Part shown: piece by piece, positions 35,872-48,984 of the stretch | How the letters are laid out: the number at the start of each line of letters is the position of its first letter | Position numbering within the stretch: position 1 is the first letter of the stretch | NCBI RefSeq assembly: GCF_009834535.1 | Contig: NC_045697.1 | Location: 5,892,001 to 5,956,000 of the forward strand | Direction: 5' to 3' | Length of the DNA: 64,000 bases | From: Camelus ferus | Taxonomy: Eukaryota | Notes under the pieces: generated by a model | What the model was told of the DNA's origin: nothing | The model's input: the letters and a program-made list of their open reading frames with translations, nothing else | Database searches by the model: none | Program-made: the position numbers and the translations under genes

Positions 35872-36089
35872 AGCCGGGTCCCAGCTGATTGTCTCAAAGC
35901 CACACCACGCAGGCTTTGAAGTGCCAAAGCCCCGAGTTCAAATTTTACCTCCTTCATTTATTAATTGTCTGAATTTAGGCACCTCTCCTGGCTTCAGTTT
36001 GTTTATCTGAGAAATAGGTACATTAACCTCAACAGGTCTGGGTGAGGATTAAGAGTATGTGTAACATGGAGGTTGTCTCCGTGTCGTTC

Positions 36090-36094
<5 letters not shown>

Positions 36095-36128
<34 letters not shown>
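36095..36128. repeat. (AC)17 microsatellite
   Basis: Read directly from the sequence. Confidence 0.95.
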
Positions 36129-36130
<2 letters not shown>

Positions 36131-36959
36131 CAGGCTTAGGTGCTGTGATTAACTAGGTGTTTATACAGCAAGTCCCAGGGCGGCATTGCCGGTCAGTGCG
36201 GTGGTCCTCACATTTTGGGCTGAGCAAAGCCCTGCAGGCCTGAAAGTGCCATGAGAAGTGTTATCATACAACAAGAGCTGAATGTTCTTTATAACTAGCA
36301 AAGTGTCTCCACAGTGCTACCCAGAGCGCCACAGTCACCTGGTGAGGTCCCTCCAGCCTGCCCTTTAAAGAGAGGAGGCAATTGACCCAGGGAGGGGTCC
36401 AGAGACTCATCCACAGTCACCCACCCAGAGCGACCCAGGCTGAATTTGAAGGTGGCCTTAATTCTTGCACCTTCTCCATTACTCTTTGCAGAAAGAACAG
36501 GTGATCCCAGGTGAGCGGTGAGCACTTCCTTGAGCTCTGCATCTCACTCTCCTCATCCTATTCCTGTCTCTGTGTGATGACAGGAACCGCCTGCCCCCGC
36601 TTTGGGGGAGTTCCATGGCCTGTTTGGTGAGACAGGACATGGCCACCCAGGGGCCACCCAGGGGCGCCTCCAGCATTGCCACCTCTAGGGGGTCTCCCAC
36701 GTGCTCTCTCCAGCCTGGTGGCTTCAGAGGGGGGTGGATTCGTACCCGGTGGCTCAGAGCTCACAGCTGTGCCCCAAGCAGGGGAGAGCCAGGTGGACAC
36801 TGAGTTTCCTTTTGTAACTTGGCCTCCATGAACCATACTCTGTTCATTAGAAGTGAGTCCCCAACATCAGACCTTATTCAAGGGGCAGGAATTAGGCTTC
36901 ACCTCTTGATGGGACATGTCAAGCAGTTTTGCAGAAGAGATGTTTTACATGTTACATTT

Positions 36960-38265
36960 TATTAAAAAAAATTATTCTAACATAATTTCAGATTTACAGA
37001 AAAGGTGCAAACTATTACAAGAGAATGCTAAATACTCTTTGTCCATCCAGGTCCCCTAACATTAACTGTTCACCATGTTACTTGCTGTGTTCCTCTCTCT
37101 TCTCTCTTTTTCTTTTCTGAACCATTTAAGACATGATGCCCATTTACCCCTGAATACTTCAGTACATATTTCCTAAAAACAAGGAATTTTCTTATCTAAC
37201 CTACAGACCTCATTCAGATTTCATGATCATGCTTTTAACAAGAAAATCAGCCAAGACCGTGGGTTCCGTTCACTGCATCTCTCTTTGCCTTTCTTTACTC
37301 CGAAACATTTCCTGCCTTTTTGTCCTTCATGATACTGACATTTGTGAAAAACCCCCAGCCAGTCACTTGGTAGAATGTCCCTAAATCTGGGTTTGTCTGG
37401 TGGTTCCTCCCGAATAGCTTCTGACATGCACTTTGGGCAGAAACGGCACAGAAGCGATCGGCGCGGAGCTCCTCTCAGAGCACCGTGTCCGGGGGCACGT
37501 GCTGTCAATCCATCCTGTCACTAGCAACGGGAGCTTCCATGATAGGGTGATGGCAGTGTCCACTACGGAGTTACTATGTCACCCTGTGTAACTCATAAGT
37601 ATCCTTGGGAGAAAGACTGTGAGACTCTAAAACTATCCTATCGTTCCTCAACTTCTCACCCGTTGGTTTTAGCATCTATTAATAATGGTCCTTCCCCAAG
37701 TCAGTTATTATGGTGATTGCCAAATAGTGGGTTTTTAAAAATTCCATCATCTTTTTATTGTAAGTCAGGGAATTTATGTATTTATTTATACTGATGTAGA
37801 CTCTAGGATTCCTAGTTTTTTTTTTCAGTAGGTTATAATCCTTTATTCTCCACATTTATTGTGATGTTTAAATTGTCCCAGATCTGGCTGCTGGGAGCCT
37901 TGTCAGGTTGGCTCCAGTGTCCTTTGGATTCGCTATATTATTCTTTGAGCAGTTTGCTGTTTTTGGCACAAGATATTCCAGACTCATCTTATATATTCCC
38001 TGCCTGAGCCCTGGAAGCAGCCATTTCTCCAGGGGGCTTTGGTTCCTTTTTATCAGAAAATGGTATTTAGAAATCAAGATCCAAGGGGTGGGGTGTTATT
38101 GCTACTGAGGTGACATTGCTTCTAGGTCCTCTCACGGGACAGAGGTGGGGAATAGACACATGTATACACACACACACATACATTCATAAGCATCTGTATA
38201 TATTTCTGTATCTAGCTATGTGTGTATATTAAGTCCCATGGATTCCTTCTGATACTTCTGGATGT
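36960..38265 (-). mobile_element. Old L1 (L1MC-like) 3' region
   Basis: 'ataatttcagatttacagaaaag.tgcaa', 'ttacccctgaatacttcagt..atatttcctaaaaacaagga', 'aaattgtcccagatctggc', 'cagccatttctccagggggctttggttcc'. Confidence 0.8.
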
Positions 38266-38285
38266 ATTTTAAAATCATCACCCCT

Positions 38286-38850
38286 AAATGTTAGCGACCA
38301 TATATAAAAATAGATTTAAAAAATTTCTGGGGAGATGCCAAGATAGCTGAATAGAGACTCACATCTTGCCCTCTCCCACAAATACACCAAGAATTGCATC
38401 TGCAGACCCACTGAACTGCACAGAACACCTGCTGAACTCCGGCAGTGTCTCTGGCTTCGAAATACAGGAGGATTCTCACAAAATCTGGTAAACAACAAGT
38501 TCATACTGTATAGCACAGGAACTATATTCAATATCTTTTAGTAACTTATGGTGAAAAAGAATATGAAAATGAATATATGCATACTCATGTATGACTGAAG
38601 CATTGTGCTGTACACCAGAAATTGACACAACATTGTAAACTGAATATACTTCAATAAAAAAAAATATGTACAAAAAAACCCCACATATTTTTTCTATATA
38701 GAACAGGGAACTATATTCAATATCTTGTAATAACCTTTAATGAAAAAGAATACGAAAATGAATATACGTATATACCTGCATGACTGGGACACTGTGCTGT
38801 ACACCAAAAAGTGACACATTGTAACTGACTATATACTTCAATAAAAAAAA
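38286..38850 (+). mobile_element. 5'-truncated L1 3' tail hosting the bipartite element
   Basis: 'aaatgttagc..ctatatataaaaataga' (38286-38328) resumes at ~38690 as 'ctatatagaacagggaactatattcaatatcttgtaataacc...cttcaataaaaaaaa'. Flanked by near-identical AAAATCATC(A)CCCCT at 38271 and ~38849 (probable target-site duplication). Confidence 0.7.
38329..38664 (+). mobile_element. Short bipartite L1 derivative: L1 5' terminus joined directly to an L1 3' tail and polyA
   Basis: Begins GGGG..CAAGATAGC (L1 5' YY1-like motif) with 'ctctcccacaaatacacca', 'cacagaacacctgctgaac'. From ~38488 it switches to the L1 3' end ('aacaacaag...tgtatagcacagg.aactatattcaatatctt...gctgtacaccagaaattgacacaacattgtaaactg..tatacttcaataaaaaaaa'). 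Confidence 0.75.
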
Positions 38851-41800
38851 AATCATCCCCTCTGTTCAAATCCTGAATCTCTGATGTCTTACTTAGTTCA
38901 TGAGAACTGGAAGTCAAAGAGATTAAGTGACCTGCCAAGGCTTTTTTCTTTTCTTATTAAAATGGGGATAATAGCTGGACTTATCTTGTAGTTTGCTAGC
39001 AGGGTTGTGTGGTGGGAGGCAGGAGGCAGGTGGCAGGTGTGAGGCCAGACACACAGGGAGAATTAGAAAGCTGTCTGCTCTGCAGTTGTGCCCATAAGAC
39101 CCGAGAGCACAGGCTGGGACCTCTCTGTGTCCATGCGGTGGTTCCGTGCTCCATCTCAGGAGGAGTGCAGGGACCAAGGGCTCAGGGGCCAAGGTCCTGG
39201 AGAGGGGTAGAATGGAAAAGCAAAGAAGACTTGGCCGCACCTGGAACAGTAGAAACAGGGCAAGATGTCAAGCTCGATGAGGAGAGAAATGGTGAGACCA
39301 GGGGCCTCTAAGAGGAGAATATTCTTGAGCTCACACAGAACCCCTGGATCTCAAAGCCAATTTGGGGAAGAACGTAGAAGGTACATGAGTACCCCCTTTC
39401 ACAAGTGGGGCAGAACCATCAGACTTTTGCTCTGCCACTGTCAAAGAGATGCCATTGTGACATTCCCAGTTAGGGGCCTGGAGACGCACATGTCACATTT
39501 GTAGGATGCTGACACAGTGCTGGACCCGGGGAAACACTTAGGACGTTCTTTTCCATTCTCTTCCGCGATCATCTCTGGGGACTGGCACTCCACCAGCAGT
39601 GACGGGATGGCGATGACTAGCATTTGCTGACCACACTCTGTGCCAGATGCCCCACGCCCATCTTTTCACACCATCCGTTGCAATGTTCTGGTGAAGGAGG
39701 TGCCCCGTCTTCATTTGAAAGATGAGGAAAAGGAAGTTCAGAGAGGTTCAGTGATCTGTGTACATTCACACTTCTAGTAAGTGGGGCTGGAAGAGAGGAT
39801 TGTTCGTGAAGAGGCTCCACAGACTGAGCCATAGTCTCCCTCCCGGAGAGGCCCCCTTTGGGGCCTTACACAGTCCTTGGAGGGACACAGACGGAGGGTC
39901 CCTCCTTCATACATGTTGCCCCACGGGTCTTCTCTAAGCTAAACATCTTGGATTCGAAAACCAGCTCTCATCAGACCTGGCTGTAAATTCTCTCCCCATC
40001 TTGGCCCCTCTTCCAGTGGCCCTCGAACAATGAGAAACGAGATCTCAGTTATATCAGATCGTGTCTGCTCAGCATGCCTGGGGGGTCCTGTCTTTCCTCA
40101 CTCCTGTAATTTCAACAATTGGGAAAGCAGGTCCAGCATGGCTTGTCAGGAACAGCCAACACATCCCAGTTCAAAAGTCAATTTGGATTCATTGGTGGTA
40201 GCTGCTCAAAGTCCTGTGATGAGAAAGATTTCACGGCTGCATTTCAATCAATGGAAAAGAGGTGGCTGATTGACTGGCGATGTCTATTTTGGGCTTGGGA
40301 AAGGGTAGGGGACATGTGATAAGTGTGAACCACTTGGCATTCTGGGTCTACCAGTAGTCCTCAATCCTGCCTGCCCCACAGAACCACTTAAAGTATTGGT
40401 GTCTGCCATTCCAAACAGTTGAATCAGGATTTTTGAGGCCTAAGATTTGGTATTTTTAAAAATTTAATTTGTTCGAATGTTTAACCACACCTGAGGGAAA
40501 CAACTAGTCTGCTCTGTCATTAGGCAGGTTTCAAATCTATGTGCCTTGATACCTCCGGCTGACTTTCGCTACAATATGCAGTTGGTTCTCATCAGCAGTG
40601 ACATCTGACAATACTCTGGCTCTCTTGTTATCTTGTATTATTCTCGTATATTCTGCCACAAAAAAGAATCAACAACCACTGTAGCTGACCCCCTGTGCCT
40701 CCCCAGTTAAATACACACCAGGATACGTGTGCACACACATCTCACATGTACACAGGTGCCCCCACAATACACATGTGCCCAAACTACATTTATTAGCATG
40801 GTGGCGCACCTATGCTCACATACGCACGCACCGGCACGCACACGCATCCTCACATACACTTATCTCCACCTTCGTCTTCTAAGAGGAGGTCCTTTGTAAC
40901 AGTCCGTACCTAAATAAGAAACATTCCACAAGGCTTTTGAGCCTGAACAGAAATGGCCACTATCATTTTTTTCTTTAGCAATTTCCCATGTACTTTAAGC
41001 AAATTAGAAATCTGGCTGGAGACTTTGGAAAGCATTTTGCCCGTTCCCTACATTGTGTACATGCAGAAACAGAGGCCCAGAGAAGTTGAGGGGCTTGTCC
41101 AAGAAGCCCAGCAAGGTTGTAAGAACTAGAATCCAGGTCTCCTGACCTCAGATCACAGCTCTTTCCCTGGCAATATGCACTTGTCACGAAGGCCAGGGTG
41201 TGGGAGGATGGGGGATGGGGGAGACGGGGGGTTGGAGGGTAGGGGCCTAGGTGGCACTCCTTGACCTTGGAAATTCATTTTCAAAGGAGAACATGAGTAC
41301 AAAACGTTCATAGTCAATTGTTCTTTCTGTGTAAGAGAAGTTGATGACATTTATTCTTTTCTCACAACATCCCGGTTAAAAAAACATTGTTTAGTTGTTT
41401 ATGGATCAAATACAGATGCTCAGGGATTTTTAGGACCCTGATTAATTCTAATTGAAAGAAGTGTTGAGAACAGCAATTCACAACAGATGAATGTTAGCTC
41501 TTAGTGGGGACGAAACAGCATGTCAAAGGCCGTATTTTTTTTGTTTGTTTTTGGTATTTCATGAAAGAGAGCAGGCTTTTCTGTGCAAAGTGGCAGGAAG
41601 ACATTTTCAAAGAAGAGCTCAGAGGGAAAAGAGGACTTTAAAAATGAATCGAAAACAGACTCAGAGGCACTGGGCCTTCATTACAAGTTCCTCCCACTGG
41701 GACAGAGGCTGTTAAAATGAAAGCAAAGAATTTAAGCAACTTTCTGTCCCCCGCCCTCTCCTCCTCCCCCAATTTGGTAAACTGATATGGACATCTCAGG

Positions 41801-44654
41801 CAACAAAGAATGAGCATCAGATCTGGAAGCAACAGATTTGGGTTCGAGTCCCAGTAGTGTCATTTTAAGTAAATAATTCACCACGTCTGGGTTTGGTTCC
41901 CTCATCTCTAATAATGAGAACCATCACGCTTACATCACAGAGTCATTATTAATATAAAAACTGCCCAAGAGCTAGAATTGACTCCATACCCGATGCCATG
42001 TTAGGACTCGTACAGAGAGGTCTCACTGATCCTTCACAGCAGCCCTGTGAGTGGGTCTGCCTGTTCCTCTTGTACAGAAAAAGATGCTGAGGTTCAGAGA
42101 GGTCATGCTTCTTGCTCCAGGTCACACAGATAAGAAGTGCAGATTCCAGCCCATCCCTGTCTGATTTACCGCTACCCCACATGGTAAGAATGTGACGACA
42201 ACAAATTGCAAAATAAAACACATTGCTGCCTATTCAGTGCCCCTGTGCTAGGAACCCAGAATGGAAATGGATTAACATTATGGCCTCTGCTTCCATGCAC
42301 CTGATTGCCTATTCTGGGGAGCCCTCGGAGGCTGGGGAGGAGAGAGAGTCTGGTGGTGGTGGTGAGGAGGGCTGATGCTTTTGGATGTATCTTTGGACTC
42401 ATGTTTAAGGTGCATATGGGCCATCCATGTGGGCAAATGGGGTGAGGGCCAGGGCAGAGGTCTGGGTCTGGGACCACCACCACCAAAGATAATAGCCAAC
42501 ATTGATTGACGGCTTAATTTTTGCCAAAGGGTTCCCAGGTGTTACTCGGTTCCGGCCTCATGGTGATGCTGTGAGGTAGCTGTACCATCACGCCTGCTGC
42601 GCCGAGTGGTGAGGGGGACTGCTTCTCACTCACATGCAGGCGAAAGGTAAAACCTAACGCGGATAGTTCTCCTGAGTCCCAGGGTTTCCCATTTGGTGAT
42701 TCACAGACCAATCTCATTCCTCAGGCTCTAATGTCCTCTCTATTTTGAGTCACTTTTTGTCTTGTGAGAGCTCCCCTGTGCCTTTGTTCTGCTTCATTTG
42801 ATTCTTTTGGGCTCAGTGTGTGTCAGAACTTTTCTCCCTGAGAGCTGGAAAGCAGTTTTGTGACCACTGGGTTGAAGGACCCTCAAGTGAATGCCTTTGC
42901 ACACCAATAGGAGGCACGAAACTAAAATTAAGATTCCTGATCAAAAAGATGACAGGAAAGGGTTCACTATCAAGAATGTGGTGAGGGAGGCACTGACCTG
43001 GTCCAAGCACAGGCCTCTCAGCCCCAGTTCTGTTCCCTGCACAAGTATAGGGCATGTTTACTCTGTCCCCAGAGGACCTTGGGGCTCCAAAGCGCATCCT
43101 GAGAGAGAGGGTCATGAGAATAGTGATTTGTGAGCTGCTCACTACATGCACAGGCTCCTTGCCGAACATTTTATAAACATTAACTCATTTAATGTTCACA
43201 AAAGATCCAGGAGGTAGGTGTAATTAATACTGCCGCTGTACAAACGACAAAACTGAGGAATGGAGAGGTTTAGTGACTTGCACTAGGTCACACGGTGCAT
43301 GTAGCAGATCTGAGATTCAGACGGATGCATTAACTGTCTAGAGCCCACGGTCCCCACAAAACTCCCTGCCTGTCATGGCTTCGTGGCTTGTGTTCCCATT
43401 GGCCTGAGTCCTGGTCGCCAAGGGAGGACCCTCTAATACCCCATCCAGGGCATCCATCCTTGTCTTTTCTCAAGCAGCCTTTATCAGCAATCATGTGAGG
43501 TTATTAAGGGCATTTTTCTGACCTTAACATCGTCGTCTGTAGCTGTTCCCAGACCATTCCCATCTCCCACAGCCACCCTTTCTCCAGCAAGCTTGGACCT
43601 GTGGTTCTAACATAGGGAGCCTGGTTCATTTCAAGGCAGGAAGTGACTAACACGACGAGGAATAACATGAGTGAGGTTGAGCAGATATCTCAGTGGAATG
43701 TGTGTCACGCTGGAGGCGAGAGTTTCATCCTGAGATGGATCCTCAGCCCCTGGCAGCATCTGCCTTGCCTGTTCTCCTGGCTCAGGAACATTTTGACAGG
43801 AGGTCAATGATTTTGCTCTGCATATAAGAAGCCGACCTTTCTTGGGAAGGTGGCCCATGGACTCAGATTCACATGCTGGTGTGCGAGTAAGTGGTCAACG
43901 CCAGCACTTTGACCTGGTGTTCACTCTTGTGCGAGTTTCTGGCCAGCTCCCGGTGCTGGGGTTCTGAGCCGGGCGCTGGGACTGCAGAGCAGCAGGACAC
44001 AGACTGTCAAGCCCAGGAGAAGAGGTTTGCTTGATTCCAGTAACTTGAAGACGATTGAAAGTCCTTGGTGCCTCAAGAGAGGTGAGGAAAAGTAGAGAGG
44101 GAATCCAAAGAGGTGAGTTAAAGGGAGCATCAGGGAATATTTTGTGGCTAAGATAGCATTTAAATTAGTCCTTGAAAGGTTTATAAGCATGAGAACAGGT
44201 GAAAAGGAATGGGGACAAAGCAATTCAGGAAGAAGGAACAGCATGAGCAAACAAAGGTGGAAGGATATGTCGTCCCTCCCAACTGAAACTGAAAATGTTT
44301 TGGCTGTGAAAACAAGCATTTTAACCGTAAGTATATCAACACTGACAGATTTTTCCCAAGCAAGTATTTTCTAGAGTAGAATGCACTGAGCAAATTAAAT
44401 GCATTGATCATTTTTCTCTTTGGTGCAGTTAAGCCATTTACAAGCACTACTTTCCATTTTCTCCTTTTATCTTACTAAATTTATTTTTATTGAATCAATT
44501 ATTTTCTTGGAAAACTTTACAGTGAAGATAGAATTTATTAGTCAGTTTCTTTTCTCCATTTCAAATTTCATCAATCTCTTCCACCATTGTGTTTTCTCTT
44601 TGGAGGGAAGGGAGTTATTTTTAGCAAATTACCATGTAATTTTGCAATTACACC

Positions 44655-44830
44655 AGTTTTATTATTTTTATTTTTTATTTTTTAAAATTGAAGTACAGTC
44701 AATTACAATGTGTCAATTTCTGGTGTACGGCACAATGTCCTAGTCATGCATACATATATTCATTTTCATATTTTTTCGATTAAAGGTTATTATAAGATAT
44801 TAAACATAGTTCCCTGTGCTATACAAAATA
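44655..44830 (-). mobile_element. Young L1 3' tail, antisense
   Basis: polyT followed by 'attgaagtacagtcaattacaatgtgtcaatttctggtgtacggcacaatgtcc', the reverse complement of the tail type at 38700-38850. Confidence 0.85.
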
Positions 44831-45502
44831 AACTTTTTTAGTTTTATTTTTTATTGATGCTTTATATCAGTAATATTCATTATGAATTAGATTTAAAACT
44901 AATAATTTGGATTTATCATTTAGCTGATCCATGGGAAATTTGTGAGCAGATCACCTCAGACATTCCAGGACTGGTGTTTTGTCCTGGAGTGGGTAATTAT
45001 ACTGCTAATTCAGTTCTTTAAAATACTGCCCATCAGGTTGAATACTGTGGGCTTATTGTTTATAGTGTGGCTGGAGCAAAGAGAAACAGTGGGGTCAAGA
45101 TGGCGGGATAAAAACACGTGGCTCCCTATTTCAGCTCAGGGGTCTGGAGAGAGGAAAGCACAGTCCTTGGTGACATCCACCCCCAGTGAGCAGTAGGATG
45201 CTTGGGTATTAATAGCAGACCTGAACCAGGCCTTCCAGGTTTCCCTGCTGTAGCTTCATGAACTAGTTTAAGTCATTGCTAAGAGTTCCTACAATCCAGG
45301 CAGATGGTGTAGTATAGTAGCTGGAAGTAGAAGGAGGTTGGGTGTTCCTAGCTGTGTTACCCTGGGCAAATCTCTTTGCTCTCTGAACCTTGCTTCCATA
45401 TCTGAAAAAGGGTGGTAATACCCACCTCACAGGATGTTGAGCACAATTCTTGACACTTAGTACATCTATCATAGATTGAGTCTTCCTTTCAGGAATTAAT
45501 GA

Positions 45503-45589
45503 TTTTTTAAAATTGAAGCACAGTTGATTTACAATGTCATGTGTTAATTTCTGGTGAATAGCATAGTGATTCAGTCATATATATATATA

Positions 45590-45650
<61 letters not shown>

Positions 45651-45704
45651 AAAACATATTCTTTTTCATGATAGGCTATTACAAGATACTGAATATAGCT
45701 CCCT
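45503..45704 (-). mobile_element. L1 3' tail, antisense, containing a compound (TA)n(TG)n(TA)n microsatellite at 45577-45645
   Basis: 'aattgaagcacagttgatttacaatg...gcatagtgattcagt...ataggctattacaagatactgaatatagctccctg'. Confidence 0.85.
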
Positions 45705-46147
45705 GAGAAAATGGCAGAAACAGGAAGGTCGCTGTGTCCTCCTGCCCTGATCCCTGAAAGCAGAAGATGAGTCTCCCATGTGACAGGCAGCCTCTCTGTG
45801 CCAGGAGGAGGAAGGGAGGCATCTTATTACTAGAGACAGGGAATTTAGGGATGAGAAGATTGTATAACAAACCTTGTTACTTCTTCATCATTTATTGCCC
45901 AGAGCCCAAACCCTACTGTCTTGTGAATTCTTCACAAGTTGATTGTTTCTTTGTCTAAAAGGTATAAAAGCTTCCCACTCTTGCCACTTTCTCAAGGTTT
46001 TAATTGCCTGTGAAGGCTCCCATGTACATGTAAAAATTTGTTAAAATTTGTATACTTTTCTCCTGTTGATCTGTCTCATGTCAGTTTACTTCTTTGGTCC
46101 AGCCAGAGATCCAAAGAGGGTAGAGGAGAACTTTTCCTTCCCTACGA
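45705..46147 (+). mobile_element. ERV1-class LTR (MER34/MER39-like), 5' part missing
   Basis: TATA 'ggtataaaagcttcc' at ~45961; 'ttttctcctgttgatctgtct'; terminal 'gagggtagaggagaacttttccttccctac'. Confidence 0.7.
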
Positions 46148-47105
46148 TTCCACACACAAAGCTTCTAGCCTCTGGGCCTTTGCACATCCTGTTCTCTCTA
46201 TTAGGAATCCTGTTCCACCAGAGAATGCTGGTGGACTCTGTTTCACCCTCCAGCTGGAGCATCCTCTCTTCTGTGCAGCCCTTTTCTGTGCTGCCTGCCC
46301 AAATGGGCGGTCCACCTTCCTGTTCTCATGCCACCGCTAAGCCTTGTTTATTCCCTGCTCTATGCAAAGCTTAAGAGTTGCAGGTAACAACTGAAACTCA
46401 ACTCAGACACGTGTTAGCAGAAGGGTAGTTTATTGGCTTTTGTAACTGCAAAGGCCAGGAGTGATGGGATCTAGATAGAGGCTCAAAGATGTCTTTCTCT
46501 TGTTCTATCTCCTCTCTTCCTCTTCCCTCTTCCTCTTTGTCGCTTTCATCATCTTTGGTCTCTTAGGGTACCCAACTGGAAGTCTGGGTAACTGACCCCA
46601 GCTTTATCCTGCAGCTCTGTTTCTTGTCTTCACCTGAATTAGATGATTTTCCTCTGATTCTGAAACTCTGACCCCCACATGCCTCTGGGTTCGGTTGTCA
46701 ACAGAGTCATCAAGGAGGTCAATCTGCCTGGATTGTGAGGTACGTGGATGAAGGCAGACTAGGAAGGCAAAGGGATCTGAATCATGGTGGGCTCTGAGTG
46801 CCAGTCTGAGAAGTCAGGGCTGTGCTCTGTAGTGGGAGTGGGGAGCCCCTGAGAGTCCTTTGGCAGGAGGGTGTACAGTGATCAGAATTCCACGTTAGCA
46901 GAAAAAATTGGGGAAGGTATGTAAAGGATGGAATAGAAAAGTAAGAATCGGGGAGCTGGGAGACTTTCCCCTTTGCCAGTTTTACTGGCATGGGGCGAGG
47001 TGATGGAGAGCTCATGAGGCGTGGTTACTGGGCTGTAGGATTGAATAGACAGAAAGATACAGTGGTGGTATGGAGGGGACAGCCACCAAACTAAGCTTGG
47101 GCTGC

Positions 47106-47630
47106 TGTGACAGGTTAAATGTGGGTCCCAAAGATGTCCACATCCCAATTCTCAGAACCTGGGAAGTTTACCTTATATGGCAAAACGATGAACATTACCT
47201 TATAGGATGAAATATGTAATTAAGTTGAGATCTTGAGAAGGGGAGATTGTCCTGGATTATCCAAACGGGCCCAATGTAATCACAAGGCTCTTTATAAGAG
47301 AGAGGCAGAGAGAGATGCTACACAGAGGAGAAGATAATGTGAGAACATCTGCAGAGAAGGACCGGGAGACGCTCGGCTGCAGCTTTGAAGACGGAGGAAG
47401 GGGCCGTGAGCCAAGGGAAGCCAGCAGCCACCAGCAGCTGGGAGGGGCAGGGAACAAGCTCTCCCCTAGATTCTCTGCAGAGGGCCCTGCTCTTGCTGAC
47501 AGCACGATCTTAGCCCAGTGAAACTGATTTCGGCTTTCTTGCCTCCAGAACTGTGAGAGAATGAATTTCTGTTGTTTTAAACCACTGAGTTTGTGGTAAT
47601 TTGCTGTAGCTGCAACAGAAAACTAATGTA
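47106..47630 (+). mobile_element. MLT1 (MLT1D-like) LTR
   Basis: 'cccaaagatgtccacatccc', 'cctggattatcca..tgggcccaatgtaatcacaagg', 'gctttgaagacggaggaaggggccgtgagccaaggga', 'cctccagaactgtgagagaatgaatttctgttgttttaa'. Confidence 0.9.
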
Positions 47631-48019
47631 GTTGCTTAAAAGGGTTTCAGAAGGTGGGCTCCTCTCCCAGAAATCAAGTTCTGCCACCACCTTCTGATGC
47701 CAAGGACTGGGCTCCTTTGGGGGCAGGGCCACAGGAATGTTGGTTTCCATTTGCCCTGTGCTCACCCTGGCCCTCCCCCCTTTGCCCCCATTACAATAAA
47801 AGTGCCAAATTCCCACTCCTTTATCCCACCTTCCATACACCTTGCCCAATCTATCTGCCAAAAGTAGAATTCTGATCACTGTACACTCTCCTGCTGAATG
47901 ACTCTTAGTGGCTCCCTTAGGCTGATTACAGAACAAAGTCCAGACATCTTGGGCTGGCAGGGGCTCAGTGACTGATTACAGACTCAGCTGCCATCTTTCA
48001 GAGGATGGGGATTAATAAT

Positions 48020-48200
48020 AACGGTGATAGTGATGTTGATGATGGCGGCGGTCATGATGAGAGTGATGCCGCACGTGATAGTGAAGTTGATGGTGGTGGT
48101 GATGATGGTAATGATGACGGTGATGCTGTGATGGTGGTAAAGATGATCGTGGTGGTGGTGATGGTGATGGTGATGGTGATGGTGATGGTGATGGTGATGT
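48020..48200. repeat. Degenerate (GAT/GGT)n low-complexity tract ending in (GATGGT)n
   Basis: Read directly from the sequence; it explains the D/G/V/M-rich ORF 48005..48310. Confidence 0.9.
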
Positions 48201-48984
48201 CAGTGATCATTACTGAGCACTGGTGCCCAGGTACTGTGCTTTGGGCTTTCTACACACGAGCTCACATATCCTTACTCTATCCTTACGAGCAGGCTTTCAC
48301 AGATGGGTAATTTGAAGCTCAGAGAGAGCCTTGTCACACACTGGCAGTGGCTGAGCTAGAACCTCCTGTTCCTGTGCACAGGCTGTCCCTTTAGTGTGGC
48401 TGGGACAGCCTGGCACATCTGTTTTGGTCGGAGGGTTGCCTCTCTATCGTCATAGACCTAACCCCAGGCCGTACTGCGCCAGAGCATTTTAGAGTCTAAT
48501 GTTATAAACCAAACAGTAGTCAATATGAGAGCTCAGGCAGGGACCACAGGTGTCACCCCTGCTGGTTACTTCACTCTGATTTGTGCCCCGACACCCAGCT
48601 TGGAGGATCTAAATTCATATCAGCTTCCAATCTGCACTGCGGACTTCTTCCCCTGTGCCTTGGTCGCTGCCTTCCCCTATTATGTCAAAGTATTTTTAGC
48701 TAGAGGAAACAGCAATTAAAAAATCTGTCTCTGTATTCCAGCTGTCCCTTCAATTACCTTTCTTCTAAATTATATATACATGAACTTCAGCTGGAACTCC
48801 TCTCTCTGCCCCATTGCCTTGTTCTTCCAGTTCCCCGGGTGGGCAGGGGCAGACACTGTGGATTGGCTACCCCACAGGCATGCCTAGCTCCTTGAAGCTC
48901 CCTTACCCATCTCCCACCAGTCCCTATGGAACATGGGAAAATGTTCACAAAATGTTATGTTAAAGAGGCAGGCTATCAAAAAGT

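Noticed and set aside
48005..48310. 101-aa Asp/Gly/Val/Met-rich ORF
   Set aside because: It is the translation of a GAT/GGT simple repeat.
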